From Gemmatimonadota bacterium (GTDB lineage Bacteria > Gemmatimonadota > Gemmatimonadetes > Longimicrobiales > RSA9), in contig JACQPS010000088.1 of NCBI GenBank assembly GCA_016207445.1, positions 1-36,205 of the forward strand: a DNA stretch of 36,205 nucleotides. The letters are read 5' to 3'. A program made the position numbers and the translations under genes. The notes under the pieces are model-generated. The model saw nothing but the letters and a program-made list of their open reading frames with translations. It did no database searches and was not told where the DNA came from. This document shows, piece after piece, positions 6,904 to 15,451 of this stretch (the stretch's first letter is position 1; the number at the start of each line of letters is the position of its first letter).

Positions 6904-8691
6904 ATGCAGCCATTCCTGCTCATACTGCTCTTGAGCGCGGTCGCGCCCCCGGCGCCCGGGTCGGCCAACCTGGCGCCCCCGGGGCGGCCGGCCAACCTGG
7001 CGCCCCCGGTGGCGGCAGCCGCGGTCGCGCCGCCCGTGCATGCGCTGCGCGCTCACCTCGCCGCGTTGCTGCGCACGGGGTGGCGTGGCGCGGAGTGGAG
7101 CGTGCTGGTGGTGTCGCTGGACCGGGGGGATACGCTGTTCGCCTACGACGCGCACCGGGCGCTGGCGCCGGCGTCGAACGTGAAACTGTTCACGGCGGCA
7201 GCGGCGCTCTACTACCTGGGGCCGGAGTTTCGTTATACCACTTTCCTGCTGACGAACGGCCGGATCGACGAGGGAGTGCTGGCCGGCGACGTGATCGTGT
7301 ACGGCACGGGGGACCCGACGCTCTCGGACCGGTTCTACGAAAGCAAGGTCAGCGTTTGGGAAATTTTTGCGGACTCGTTGCTCGCCCTCGGCGTGCGGGA
7401 GATCCGGGGCGAGGTGGTGGGCGACGCCTCCTACTTTGGCGGCCGATCGACAGGGCTGGGGTGGGAGCAGAGATACCGCAACGCGTGGTACGCGGCGCCG
7501 GCGAGCGCACTGTCGTTGAACGAGAACGTGGTCACGCTGCGCATCCGTCCGGCCGCGCAGGCGGGCTGGCGGCCGGAGATCCTGCTGGTGCCGGGGGGCG
7601 ATGGCATCGCGCTGGTGAACCAGGCGACGACGGTTCCGCGCGGGCGCGCGTGGATCAACGTCGACCGTGCGGCGTACGACGGCCCGATCGTCGTGCGCGG
7701 CCGGATCGCGCGCAGCCACCCCGGCCTGTGGCGCGCCGTGCCGGTGGCGGACCCGGCGCGGTTCGCCGCGGCCGTATTGCGGGAAGTCCTGGAAAGGAAG
7801 GGGATCCGGGTCGCGGGTGGCGTGCGCTCGGTCGTGCAGCCGGACCAGTCGCCCGTGACAGGGCGGCTCGTGTTCGCGCCCGCGTTCGATGATCGCCGGC
7901 CGCTGAGCGTGCTGGCCGTGCACCGTTCGCCGCCGCTGCTGGACATCCTGACGGTCGTGAACCAGAAGAGTCACAACTTCTACGCGGAACAGGTCCTGCG
8001 CACGATCGGGCGCGTGGCGCTGGATCGGGGCACGGCGGACGGCGGCGCGCACGCCATCCGCCACATGCTGGAACGCGAGACGTCCCTGGATTCGCTGGCG
8101 CTCGTGCTCTTGGACGGCTCCGGCCTGTCGCCGCTGAACCGCGCCAGCGCGCGCACGATCATCCATCTGCTCGGCTACATGGCGGCCTCGCCCATGGCCG
8201 ATGCGTTCTGGACGACGCTGCCGGAGGCCGGTGACCCGCACGGCCTGCGTCGCATGTACCGGACGGCGGCCGAACGGAACCTGCGGGCGAAGACGGGGAC
8301 GATCGAGCGCGTATCGGCGCTTTCGGGGTACGTGCGCACGGCGGAGGGGGAGCGGCTCGCGTTCAGCATCCTCAGCAACAAGGTGCCGTCCACGTGGAAG
8401 GCGAAGCGGGTCGAGGACGCGATCGGCGCGCGGCTGGCGGCGTTTCGCCGTGACGGTCCCGCGCTGAGCCGCGACCTGATCGCGCGCGCGGATCCGCCGC
8501 GTCCGGCCGAGCAGAAACCGGCGCGCCACGGGGCCGCCGTGGCGGCGCGGCGGCAGCACGTGATCCGGCGCGGCGACACGCTGGAGGGGATCGCCCAGCG
8601 TTACGGCGTCACGTTGAAAGCACTGCGCACGGCCAATCCGGGCTTGAATCCCCGGCGGCTCGTGCCGGGGAAGATCGTGCGGGTGCCGTGA
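6904..8691 (+). CDS. dacB: D-alanyl-D-alanine carboxypeptidase/endopeptidase (PBP4, peptidase S13) with C-terminal LysM domain
   Basis: Signal peptide MQPFLLILLLSAVA. Motifs SxxK (ASNVKLFT), DGSGLS and KTG (AKTGTI). C-terminal HVIRRGDTLEGIAQRYGVTLKALRTANPGL...GKIVRVP is a LysM motif. Start is ATG 6904. Confidence 0.85.
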   Translation: MQPFLLILLLSAVAPPAPGSANLAPPGRPANLAPPVAAAAVAPPVHALRAHLAALLRTGWRGAEWSVLVVSLDRGDTLFAYDAHRALAPASNVKLFTAAAALYYLGPEFRYTTFLLTNGRIDEGVLAGDVIVYGTGDPTLSDRFYESKVSVWEIFADSLLALGVREIRGEVVGDASYFGGRSTGLGWEQRYRNAWYAAPASALSLNENVVTLRIRPAAQAGWRPEILLVPGGDGIALVNQATTVPRGRAWINVDRAAYDGPIVVRGRIARSHPGLWRAVPVADPARFAAAVLREVLERKGIRVAGGVRSVVQPDQSPVTGRLVFAPAFDDRRPLSVLAVHRSPPLLDILTVVNQKSHNFYAEQVLRTIGRVALDRGTADGGAHAIRHMLERETSLDSLALVLLDGSGLSPLNRASARTIIHLLGYMAASPMADAFWTTLPEAGDPHGLRRMYRTAAERNLRAKTGTIERVSALSGYVRTAEGERLAFSILSNKVPSTWKAKRVEDAIGARLAAFRRDGPALSRDLIARADPPRPAEQKPARHGAAVAARRQHVIRRGDTLEGIAQRYGVTLKALRTANPGLNPRRLVPGKIVRVP

Positions 8692-8703
8692 GCAGTCGAC
8701 GGT

Positions 8704-8763
8704 GTACAGTCCACAGTTGGCAGCTTCGGATGCCCGGAGACGAACTGTCAACTGTAAACTGTC
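8704..8763. repeat. AACTGTN heptamer cluster with inverted copies, in a convergent intergenic gap
   Basis: aactgtc aactgta aactgtc in tandem at 8743-8763. The complementary acagt/acagtt occurs at 8706-8710 and 8713-8718. The segment is visibly AT-richer than its surroundings and lies between the dacB stop and the NlpC/P60 stop. Confidence 0.7.
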
Positions 8764-8778
8764 AGCCGTAAACCGGTT

Positions 8779-9849
8779 CTAATCCGGCAGCACCCTTCTC
8801 GCCTCGACGAAGCCATCTCGCAAGCGGTGCTCGAGCTCGAGCTCACCGGTGAGGTCGTTCACTTCGACGCCGCCGTTCGAGAGCGCGGAATGGACGATAT
8901 GCGGCCCGCCGAGCGAGATGGCCACGTGCGTGATGCGCTCGGGTCCTTCGGCGAAAAAGAGCAGGTCTCCTGCCCGCGACGCCCCGAAATCCTGTCCCGC
9001 ATCGATGCGGACGCCGACCCGCGCCTGCTGGTCAGAGTCGCGCGGCAGCGCGAGGCCGTGCATCCAGAAGATGGACTGCACGAAGCCGGAGCAATCGGCG
9101 CCCGCGGGAGTGACGCCCCCCCACAAGTATGGTGTTGCGATCCAGCGCCGCGCAGTGCGGGTGAGGCTCTCGCCCATGGGCGGAAAGCGGTCGCGCAGCC
9201 GGTCGGCCTCGACCAGCTCGCCGTCACCCAGGCTGCCGCGGCGCCCGTCCGGCAAGCGGTAGCGATTCGGCGTGTCGCGGATGACGCGCGCGCCCCAGGG
9301 CAAGCGCGCGAAGGCGCGCTCGGCTTCGTCGACCAGTTCCGCACCGAGTGAAACGACGGGCTCGCCACCCTCCGAGCGCTCCCATGCCTGTGCCCACTCG
9401 GCCTCGCCGACCTCCACGTACCCCTGGTGCACCCAGCCAATGTAGCCATCCTCGCCTCGGACGCGCAGCCAGGATTCGCTGCGCGCGAGGAGGTCCAGGC
9501 GGTGCCCGAGCACGTACTGGGACAGCTGCGAGGCGCTGGCACGCGGCTCGGCCAGCACGGGCGCCAGCGCGGCACGTACGAGCCCGTAGCGGGCGGGGCC
9601 CAGCGCTGGATCCGGAAGCCGAATTACGCGGTCTACGAAGCGGGGCGGGCGCGGCAGCTCGGCGGCGCGAGTGGCGAGCTCATCGAGCGCGCCGCGGTCG
9701 GTCGTCTGCCCCACGAGCGCGACGCCGCCGCGCTTCGCCTCGACCCGGACTTCGAAGATCGCCGTGCGCGCGTCCGACGCGCGGGCAGCGCGCATCTGCC
9801 CGATCAGCTCTTCCAGCAGCTTGACCGTTCGCGAACCCTCAGCAGGCAT
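8779..9849 (-). CDS. NlpC/P60-family peptidoglycan hydrolase with N-terminal SH3-like region
   Basis: C-terminal PYLWGGVTPAGADCSGFVQSIF...GDLLFF...ITHVAISLG...IVHS gives the Cys-His-His papain-like triad context. Start is ATG 9849, preceded by GGAGCGGAG with a 7-nt spacer. Confidence 0.85.
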   Translation of the reverse strand: MPAEGSRTVKLLEELIGQMRAARASDARTAIFEVRVEAKRGGVALVGQTTDRGALDELATRAAELPRPPRFVDRVIRLPDPALGPARYGLVRAALAPVLAEPRASASQLSQYVLGHRLDLLARSESWLRVRGEDGYIGWVHQGYVEVGEAEWAQAWERSEGGEPVVSLGAELVDEAERAFARLPWGARVIRDTPNRYRLPDGRRGSLGDGELVEADRLRDRFPPMGESLTRTARRWIATPYLWGGVTPAGADCSGFVQSIFWMHGLALPRDSDQQARVGVRIDAGQDFGASRAGDLLFFAEGPERITHVAISLGGPHIVHSALSNGGVEVNDLTGELELEHRLRDGFVEARRVLPD

Positions 9850-9895
9850 GGCACGGCTCCGCTCCGTCGCGGTTCGACTCCATGATCCAGCGCGG

Positions 9896-10186
9896 TCAGG
9901 CGCGCAGCACGGCCGATGCCAGACGCTGCAGGCGCGCGAGGTAGAGCGAACGCGGCGTGTGCAGAATGAGCGGGTGGAAGCGCCGGCACGGTCGGCAGTC
10001 CAGGTCGAAACCGCCGCACCCCGAGGGCAGAACTGCCCGGAGGCGCGTGTTCGGTCGGGCCTCGAGCAGCTCACCACAGCAGGGACAGCGAGCATCGGTT
10101 CGCTGCGCGAGCTGCGCCTGGATTGCCCGACGCTGCCGGCCGGTGAACGAGCGCCAGGCGGAACGGCGCGGCCCCGGTCGCATCAT
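9896..10186 (-). CDS. Small Cys-rich hypothetical protein (possible zinc ribbon)
   Basis: 96 aa with CPCCG...C...CRPC. ATG-ATG at 10186/10183 is preceded by AAGGAG with a 5-nt spacer. No family recognised. Confidence 0.55.
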   Translation of the reverse strand: MMRPGPRRSAWRSFTGRQRRAIQAQLAQRTDARCPCCGELLEARPNTRLRAVLPSGCGGFDLDCRPCRRFHPLILHTPRSLYLARLQRLASAVLRA

Positions 10187-10199
10187 GGCAGCTCCTTCT

Positions 10200-10235
10200 C
10201 CAACCATTCCCCGCTGGCTTCCCCAACCATTCCCC
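10200..10235. repeat. Two copies of a 13-14 bp direct repeat upstream of the Cys-rich ORF
   Basis: ccaaccattcccc(g) at 10200-10212 and 10223-10235, period 23 bp. The minus strand reads cGGGGAATGGTTGG twice, ending 13 nt before the ATG at 10186. Confidence 0.8.
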
Positions 10236-10264
10236 GAGGGCGCCTTCGTGCAAGCGGCGTTCCT

Positions 10265-10579
10265 CTAGGCCGGCGCCGCACCGGTTCCCTCGCGTACCTT
10301 GCCGGCCAGCGGTGTGCCGGTGGCGGGCTCGCCGATCCGCGAAGCGCGCGTCGCGGCCACGCGCAGCCGCCGCCGCAGCTCTACGAGTGACATCGTGCGC
10401 ACCGTCCGCTCGGCGCTCTCCAGTGTTTGCCACCGCACCTCCGGCAGGGGCAGCTCAACGGACGCGTCGGCCGCCGGACGAAAGATCAGGACCCAGCGGC
10501 CGTGGTGACGCGGCGTCGCCTCCTCCCGGGCGGTTGCGACCCAGGCGCGGCCAGCATCATCGGTGAACTGCTTCGGCAT
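10265..10579 (-). CDS. Hypothetical protein (104 aa), no family recognised
   Basis: ATG 10579 is preceded by AAGGAG with an 8-nt spacer. The composition is protein-like (MPKQFTDDAGRAWVATAREE...MSLVELRRRL). The longer ORF-track start at 10861 lacks an RBS. Confidence 0.5.
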   Translation of the reverse strand: MPKQFTDDAGRAWVATAREEATPRHHGRWVLIFRPAADASVELPLPEVRWQTLESAERTVRTMSLVELRRRLRVAATRASRIGEPATGTPLAGKVREGTGAAPA

Positions 10580-10714
10580 GCTCACGTCTCCTTTGGCTGC
10601 GCGCGCGAACAGGTCGGCCAGCGCCGCGGATCGGTCAACCGCCGCATCGGCCCGGCACCCCTTGCGCGCACGGCGGTCCCGCGCCACGCTTGAGCGCGCC
10701 ACCCTGGAGGTGCG

Positions 10715-11500
10715 ATGCCAGAGTCGCTCGCCGACCGCCTGGAAGAAGGCGTCCAGGAGATCATGCTGTTCCTGCCCCAGCTCGCCGCCGCGCTGGGGAT
10801 TCTCCTCGCCGGCTACGCCGTCGCCAAGATGGTGGAGCGCGGTACGGACGCGTTGCTGCACCGGATCGGGTTCGACCGCTGGATGCGCGAGGGCGGCGTG
10901 ACCGAGGCGCTGGAACGCGCCGGCACCCGCCTGGATCCCTCGACCGTCCTGGCCAAGCTCATTTTCTGGACCGTCATGCTGCTGGTGGTGCTGCTCGCGG
11001 CCAACGCGATGGGCCTCGTGGTCGTGAGCGCGCTCTTCCGCGAGCTGCTCGGCTACATCCCCAACGTGATCGCCGCGGTCATCGTGCTGGTCCTGGGCAT
11101 CGTGCTCGGCGAGTTCGTCAAGGACCTGGTCCTCGCCTCGGCGGGCGGGGTGCCGGGCGTGCCCACGCTCGCCCGCGCCGCGAAAGGCGCCGTGATCATC
11201 CTGGCCGTGTTCATGGCGCTGGAGCAGCTCCAGATCGCGCAGGACATCGTGCTCGTGGCCTTCATCGCGGTCGTGGGCGCCGCCGCGCTGGCGGCCGGCA
11301 TCGCTTTCGGGCTGGGCGGCCGCGACATCGCGGCCGAGCTGGCCCGCGAGTGGTACGAGCGCACGCGCCGCCGCGCAGCGCAGGTGGAAGCGTCCGATCC
11401 GGACGAGGATTCCGATCCGCGGCCACCCCGGATGACCCCGCCACTGCCGTCGGGGTCGCCGCCGCAGCCCCCCGCGCCACCCGTCGAAAGGGGCGACTGA
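10715..11500 (+). CDS. Conserved TM-helix repeat membrane protein (MscS-associated TM_helix-like) with Pro-rich C-tail
   Basis: Repeated hydrophobic helices of the type LPQLAAALGILLAGYAV and IPNVIAAVIVLVLGIVLGEFV. GGAGG lies 4 nt before ATG 10715. The C-terminus is acidic and Pro-rich. Confidence 0.6.
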   Translation: MPESLADRLEEGVQEIMLFLPQLAAALGILLAGYAVAKMVERGTDALLHRIGFDRWMREGGVTEALERAGTRLDPSTVLAKLIFWTVMLLVVLLAANAMGLVVVSALFRELLGYIPNVIAAVIVLVLGIVLGEFVKDLVLASAGGVPGVPTLARAAKGAVIILAVFMALEQLQIAQDIVLVAFIAVVGAAALAAGIAFGLGGRDIAAELAREWYERTRRRAAQVEASDPDEDSDPRPPRMTPPLPSGSPPQPPAPPVERGD

Positions 11501-11503
11501 AAC

Positions 11504-11525
11504 GGCGCATGCCAGAGCATGCGCC
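11504..11525 (+). terminator. Perfect 9-bp hairpin directly after the TM-helix gene stop (no U-tract)
   Basis: GGCGCATGC-caga-GCATGCGCC begins 4 nt after the TGA at 11498-11500. Confidence 0.35.
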
Positions 11526-11613
11526 GCACCCTGGCAAAGCTTAGCGCTTCCCCGCCGAATCTGGCAACCCGCCCTTGCGGCTCGCCCGGGTGGGCAAGGA
11601 TTTTTGCCGCCCG

Positions 11614-12558
11614 ATGAACGAGCCGAAAACGTCCGCTGGAACGAGCAGCACGGAAGCCGCGGCCGAGGCGGCGGCGCCGGTCCCCGCGCCCGTGAGCACG
11701 GACGCGGGGCTGCTGCTCATGGTGGTGATCTGGGCGGTGAACTTCTCGGTGATCAAGGTCGCGCTCGCCGCGCTGCAGCCGCTCACGGTGAATGCGCTGC
11801 GCTTCCCGCTGGCAGCGCTCACGGTGTACCTGATCCTGCGGCGGCGCGCGCTCATCTTCCCCAGCCGCGAGCACGTGGCGCGAGTGCTCGTGCTGGGTCT
11901 CCTGGGCAACATCGTGTACCAGTTCCTGTTCATCTACGGCGTCGCCCGCACGCGCGCGGGGAACGCGGCCCTGCTGCTGGCGGGAACTCCGATGCTGACG
12001 GCGTTGCTGTCCGCGGCGGTCGGGCACGAGCGCGTGGGGGCACGGGTCTGGCTGGGCGTGCTCGCGACGCTCGCCGGCATGGGCTTCGTGGTGGCCGGCG
12101 GCGCCGCGCACCCGGAGCTGGGCGGCGGTTTTCTGGGGAACCTGCTGCTGCTGGGCGCCTCACTAGCCTGGGCGGCGTACACGGTGGGAGCACGAAACCT
12201 GGTCGATACGTACGGCCCGGTGCCGGTCACAGCCTGGACGCTCTGGATCGGCGCCGTCGGGCTCCTGCTCGCCGGGTTGCCCACGCTTCCCCGCGTCGAC
12301 TGGAGCGGCACGCCGCTGCTGGTGTGGGCGGCGGTCGCGTATGCGGGAGCGCTCAGCATCGGCCTGGCCTACCTCCTGTGGTACCGCGGCGTCCACTACA
12401 TCGGGAGCACGCGCACGGCGATGTACTCCAATCTCGTGCCGGTCGTAGCCCTCGCGGTGGCGTGGCTCTGGTTGGGAGAGGTGCCCACGCTCTGGCAGAT
12501 CACGGGCGCGGCCGTGATCATCGGCGGCGTCACGCTCGCGCGGCGCACGGAGGCGTGA
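11614..12558 (+). CDS. EamA/DMT-family transporter
   Basis: Ten-helix pattern with a duplicated EamA-like half (VIWAVNFSVIKVAL..., LGASLAWAAYTV...). ATG 11614 is preferred over the TTG at 11575. Confidence 0.75.
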   Translation: MNEPKTSAGTSSTEAAAEAAAPVPAPVSTDAGLLLMVVIWAVNFSVIKVALAALQPLTVNALRFPLAALTVYLILRRRALIFPSREHVARVLVLGLLGNIVYQFLFIYGVARTRAGNAALLLAGTPMLTALLSAAVGHERVGARVWLGVLATLAGMGFVVAGGAAHPELGGGFLGNLLLLGASLAWAAYTVGARNLVDTYGPVPVTAWTLWIGAVGLLLAGLPTLPRVDWSGTPLLVWAAVAYAGALSIGLAYLLWYRGVHYIGSTRTAMYSNLVPVVALAVAWLWLGEVPTLWQITGAAVIIGGVTLARRTEA

Positions 12559-12608
12559 CGGCTGCGGCCGGGCCCCCACGTGCACGCGCACGCGTAGCGG
12601 GAGGATGA

Positions 12609-13841
12609 GTGCGAGGGTACCGCAGGCTCCAGGAGTACGGCCTCACGGCCGGCACGCTCGGCTCGACCGCCGGCCAGACCGTCATGGTGGCGGTGTTGCC
12701 GGTGCTGCTGGCCCGTTACGCCCCTTCGGCCGTCTGGATCGGCTTCGCGATCGGTGGGGAAGGCATCATCGCGCTGGTGGTGCCCTACTGGATCGGGTAC
12801 CTGAGCGATCACCTGCCGCACCGCCTCGCCCGCCGCTTCGGCCGCCGCACTTTCTTCCTGCTCGCGTGCGCGCCGCTCATGGCGCTCTCGGTCGCGGTCG
12901 CACCGTTCCTCCGCGGCTACTGGCCGCTGGCCGCGGCGGGTCTCGTCTACTTCGCCGCGCTGCACGGCTACCTCGCGCCGCTCTGGGCCCTCATGGTCGA
13001 CGCCGTGCCCGACGAGCGGCGCGGGCGCGTGCACGGGGTGCGCGGCGCGCTGCACGCGGCGGGGTTGGGCTACGGCCTGGTCGCCGGCGGACTGCTGTAC
13101 GCGATCTGGCCGCCGCTGCCGTTCCTGGTGGCGGCGCTGCTGATCGCGGCCACCACCGCGCTGACCGTGGCGGCGGCGCCGCCGAGCAGCCGTAACCGCG
13201 AGCTACACGAGGAGCCTGGCCCGGGCGAAGCGATCCGGATCTGGCACGACCTGCGCAACCGGCCGGCGATCCGCTGGTTCCTGATCGCGAACGCGCTCTG
13301 GACCGGCGCCGTGGACGGGATCCGGCCCTACGTGTTCCTGTTCGCCGTGGCCGTGCTGGGGATCACGGTGGCGGAGGCATCCCTCGTGCTCACGCTGCTC
13401 GTGGCGGGGCTCGGCCTGGGCGCCGTGATCCTCGGGCACCTCGGAGATCGCCACGGCCGCGACCGGCTGCTGGTCGCGGGCGCGGTCGTGACCGGCGTCG
13501 CCATGATGTTCGGCCTGGTCGTGCGCACGGTGCCCGCGGCCGTGGCGCTCCTGCTGGGGTCGGGGCTGGGCGCGGCCGCGCTGATCGCACTGCCCTATCC
13601 GCTGTTCGCGCGGCTGGTCGGAAGCCGGGCCGTCGGCCGCTACACGGGGCTCTACATCCTGACGGTGGGGTTGGGGCGGATCGTGGCACCGGTGCTGGTC
13701 GGCGCGGCCATCGATCTGGGATCGCCGCTCTTTCCGGAGACGAAGGGCTACCCGCTCATGTGGCCGGTGGCAGGAGCGCTGGCGTTGACGGGCGCCGCCG
13801 CGCTCGTGCGCGCGATCAGGGCGCCAGCGCCGAGTTGTTGA
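12609..13841 (+). CDS. MFS transporter
   Basis: About 12 hydrophobic segments, with the loop motif [17 protein letters not shown] between TM2 and TM3. The GTG start at 12609 is uncertain because GGAGGA is only 3 nt upstream. The 3' end overlaps the pncB 3' end by 26 nt. Confidence 0.7.
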   Translation: MRGYRRLQEYGLTAGTLGSTAGQTVMVAVLPVLLARYAPSAVWIGFAIGGEGIIALVVPYWIGYLSDHLPHRLARRFGRRTFFLLACAPLMALSVAVAPFLRGYWPLAAAGLVYFAALHGYLAPLWALMVDAVPDERRGRVHGVRGALHAAGLGYGLVAGGLLYAIWPPLPFLVAALLIAATTALTVAAAPPSSRNRELHEEPGPGEAIRIWHDLRNRPAIRWFLIANALWTGAVDGIRPYVFLFAVAVLGITVAEASLVLTLLVAGLGLGAVILGHLGDRHGRDRLLVAGAVVTGVAMMFGLVVRTVPAAVALLLGSGLGAAALIALPYPLFARLVGSRAVGRYTGLYILTVGLGRIVAPVLVGAAIDLGSPLFPETKGYPLMWPVAGALALTGAAALVRAIRAPAPSC

Positions 13842-15303
13842 GGCCGCGCGCGCGCAGCACGAGCCGCGTCTTGCGCTGGTGCAGGCCCAGCTCCAGCCCG
13901 ACCGGATAGATGTGCGGATTGACCAGGCGCTTGATGCCACCGTGGAAGCGGCTCAGTTCCTCCTGCGCGTACCGGCGCACCTGCTCGAGGGGCGGCGGGT
14001 CGTATACGCGCTTGCCGCCGCGGTACACCGGCACCAGCAGCTCCTCGTACGGCGACCCCGAAGGAAAGTGTTTGCGCCGCGTCATGTCCAGCGGGTCCGC
14101 CATCACCGCATCCGCCGGCGGCGGATACTCCTCATCGTAGATCATGTCGCCGATGAACTCGCCCCCGGCGAAGTAGCGCCGGACCTGGAGCACCCCCGGC
14201 GTTGTGATTTTCGCCGCCTGTTCGGAGACCTTGATGCGGTGCTCCCACTTGCCGCCCCTCGGCCGGACGGCCGTCAGCTTGTAGACCCCGCCCAGCGCAG
14301 GATGGTCATAGCCCGTGACCAGGCGGGTGCCCACGCCCCAGACCACGATCTTCGCACCCTGCAGCTTCAGGCTGGTGATCACGTGCTCGTCCAGCTCGTT
14401 ACTCGCCAGGATCGTGGTGTCGGTGAAGCCGGCGTCGTCGAGAATCTTGCGCGCCTGGATGCTGAGGTACGCGAGGTCGCCCGAATCGAGCCGGATGCCG
14501 AGCAGCCGCTGCCCCCGCTCGCGCAGCCAGCGCCCGATCTCGACAGCGTGGCGCACGCCCTGGAGCGTTTCGTAGGTGTCCACCAGAAAAACGCAGTTGT
14601 TCGGCATCGACTCCGCGTATGCGCGGAACGCGTCCAGCTCGGTCTCGAACGACATGATCCAGCTGTGCGCCTGCGTGCCGCGTACCGGGATGCCGTACAG
14701 CTTCCCCGCCAGGACGTTCGACGTCGCGACGCAGCCGCCCACGTACGCGGCCCGGCTCGCCGAAAGCCCGCCATCGATTCCCTGCGCCCGGCGCAGCCCG
14801 AACTCGATCACCGGCTCGCCTTGCGCAGCCATGCAGACCCGGGCGGCCTTCGTCGCGATCAGGCTCTGGAAGTTCAGGATGTTGAGCAGCGCGGTCTCGA
14901 GCAGCTGTGCCTGGATGATGGGGCCCCGCACCCGCGCGATCGGCTCCTGTGGAAACACGACCCGCCCCTCCGGAACCACGTCCAGATCGCAGCTGCAGCG
15001 CAGCTCCGACAGGTAGCCGAGGAAGTCGCGCTGGAAGAGCGGCTTGCCGTCCGAGCCGACCAGCCCTGCCAGATACTCCAGGTCGTCCGCCTCGAAGCGG
15101 AAGCGCTCCAGGTACTCCATAACCGTGGCCTGACCGCAGCTCAGCGTGAAGCCACCCTCGAACGGGTTGCTTCGGAACAGCACGTTGAACACCGCCTCCT
15201 GCTCGCCGCGACCGGAGCGCCAGTACGCGTACGCCATGGTCAGCTCGTACAGGTCCGTCACCAGCCCGAGGCCGCCGCGGTAAACCCGATCGAGAATGCT
15301 CAA
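13816..15303 (-). CDS. pncB: Nicotinate phosphoribosyltransferase
   Basis: 495 aa: [47 protein letters not shown] start at 15303 is preceded by GGAGG with a 4-nt spacer. Confidence 0.88.
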   Translation of the reverse strand: MSILDRVYRGGLGLVTDLYELTMAYAYWRSGRGEQEAVFNVLFRSNPFEGGFTLSCGQATVMEYLERFRFEADDLEYLAGLVGSDGKPLFQRDFLGYLSELRCSCDLDVVPEGRVVFPQEPIARVRGPIIQAQLLETALLNILNFQSLIATKAARVCMAAQGEPVIEFGLRRAQGIDGGLSASRAAYVGGCVATSNVLAGKLYGIPVRGTQAHSWIMSFETELDAFRAYAESMPNNCVFLVDTYETLQGVRHAVEIGRWLRERGQRLLGIRLDSGDLAYLSIQARKILDDAGFTDTTILASNELDEHVITSLKLQGAKIVVWGVGTRLVTGYDHPALGGVYKLTAVRPRGGKWEHRIKVSEQAAKITTPGVLQVRRYFAGGEFIGDMIYDEEYPPPADAVMADPLDMTRRKHFPSGSPYEELLVPVYRGGKRVYDPPPLEQVRRYAQEELSRFHGGIKRLVNPHIYPVGLELGLHQRKTRLVLRARGLNNSALAP

Positions 15304-15339
15304 GGAGCCTCCAGCGAAGAGTCACCGTAGATTAGGGCG

Positions 15340-15430
15340 AGGGCGAGGCGGAGGGCCAGGGGGCGAGGCGAGGGCGAGGCGGAGGGCCAGGGGGCGAGGC
15401 GAGGGCGGCCAGGGCCGAGGCGAGAGCGAG
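15340..15430. repeat. 31-bp G-rich tandem repeat (2 identical copies plus a degenerate third)
   Basis: agggcgaggcggagggccagggggcgaggcg at 15340-15370 is repeated exactly at 15371-15401. A degenerate continuation runs to about 15430. Lies in the pncB/NPP divergent intergenic region. Confidence 0.9.
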
Positions 15431-15431
15431 C

Positions 15432-15451
15432 GTTTCCGCCCAGGCGGAAAC
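15432..15451. other. Perfect hairpin adjoining the 31-mer repeat
   Basis: GTTTCCGCC-ca-GGCGGAAAC, effectively an 8-bp stem with a 4-nt loop. Confidence 0.6.

Noticed and set aside
6763-8751. Upstream 660 codons of the 786-aa minus-strand ORF 6391..8751
   Set aside because: It is antisense to a dacB-like gene with clear SxxK/SGLS/KTG/LysM motifs. The product is Arg/Pro/His-rich with no recognisable motif. Only the last 123 codons (acpS) are credible.
13879-15330. 483-aa plus-strand ORF opposite pncB
   Set aside because: The minus frame matches nicotinate phosphoribosyltransferase along its whole length. The plus frame is Arg/Gln/His-rich low-information sequence.
15340-15430. CRISPR array
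   Set aside because: The repeats are directly tandem with no spacers. There are only two exact copies, and no cas genes are in the window.
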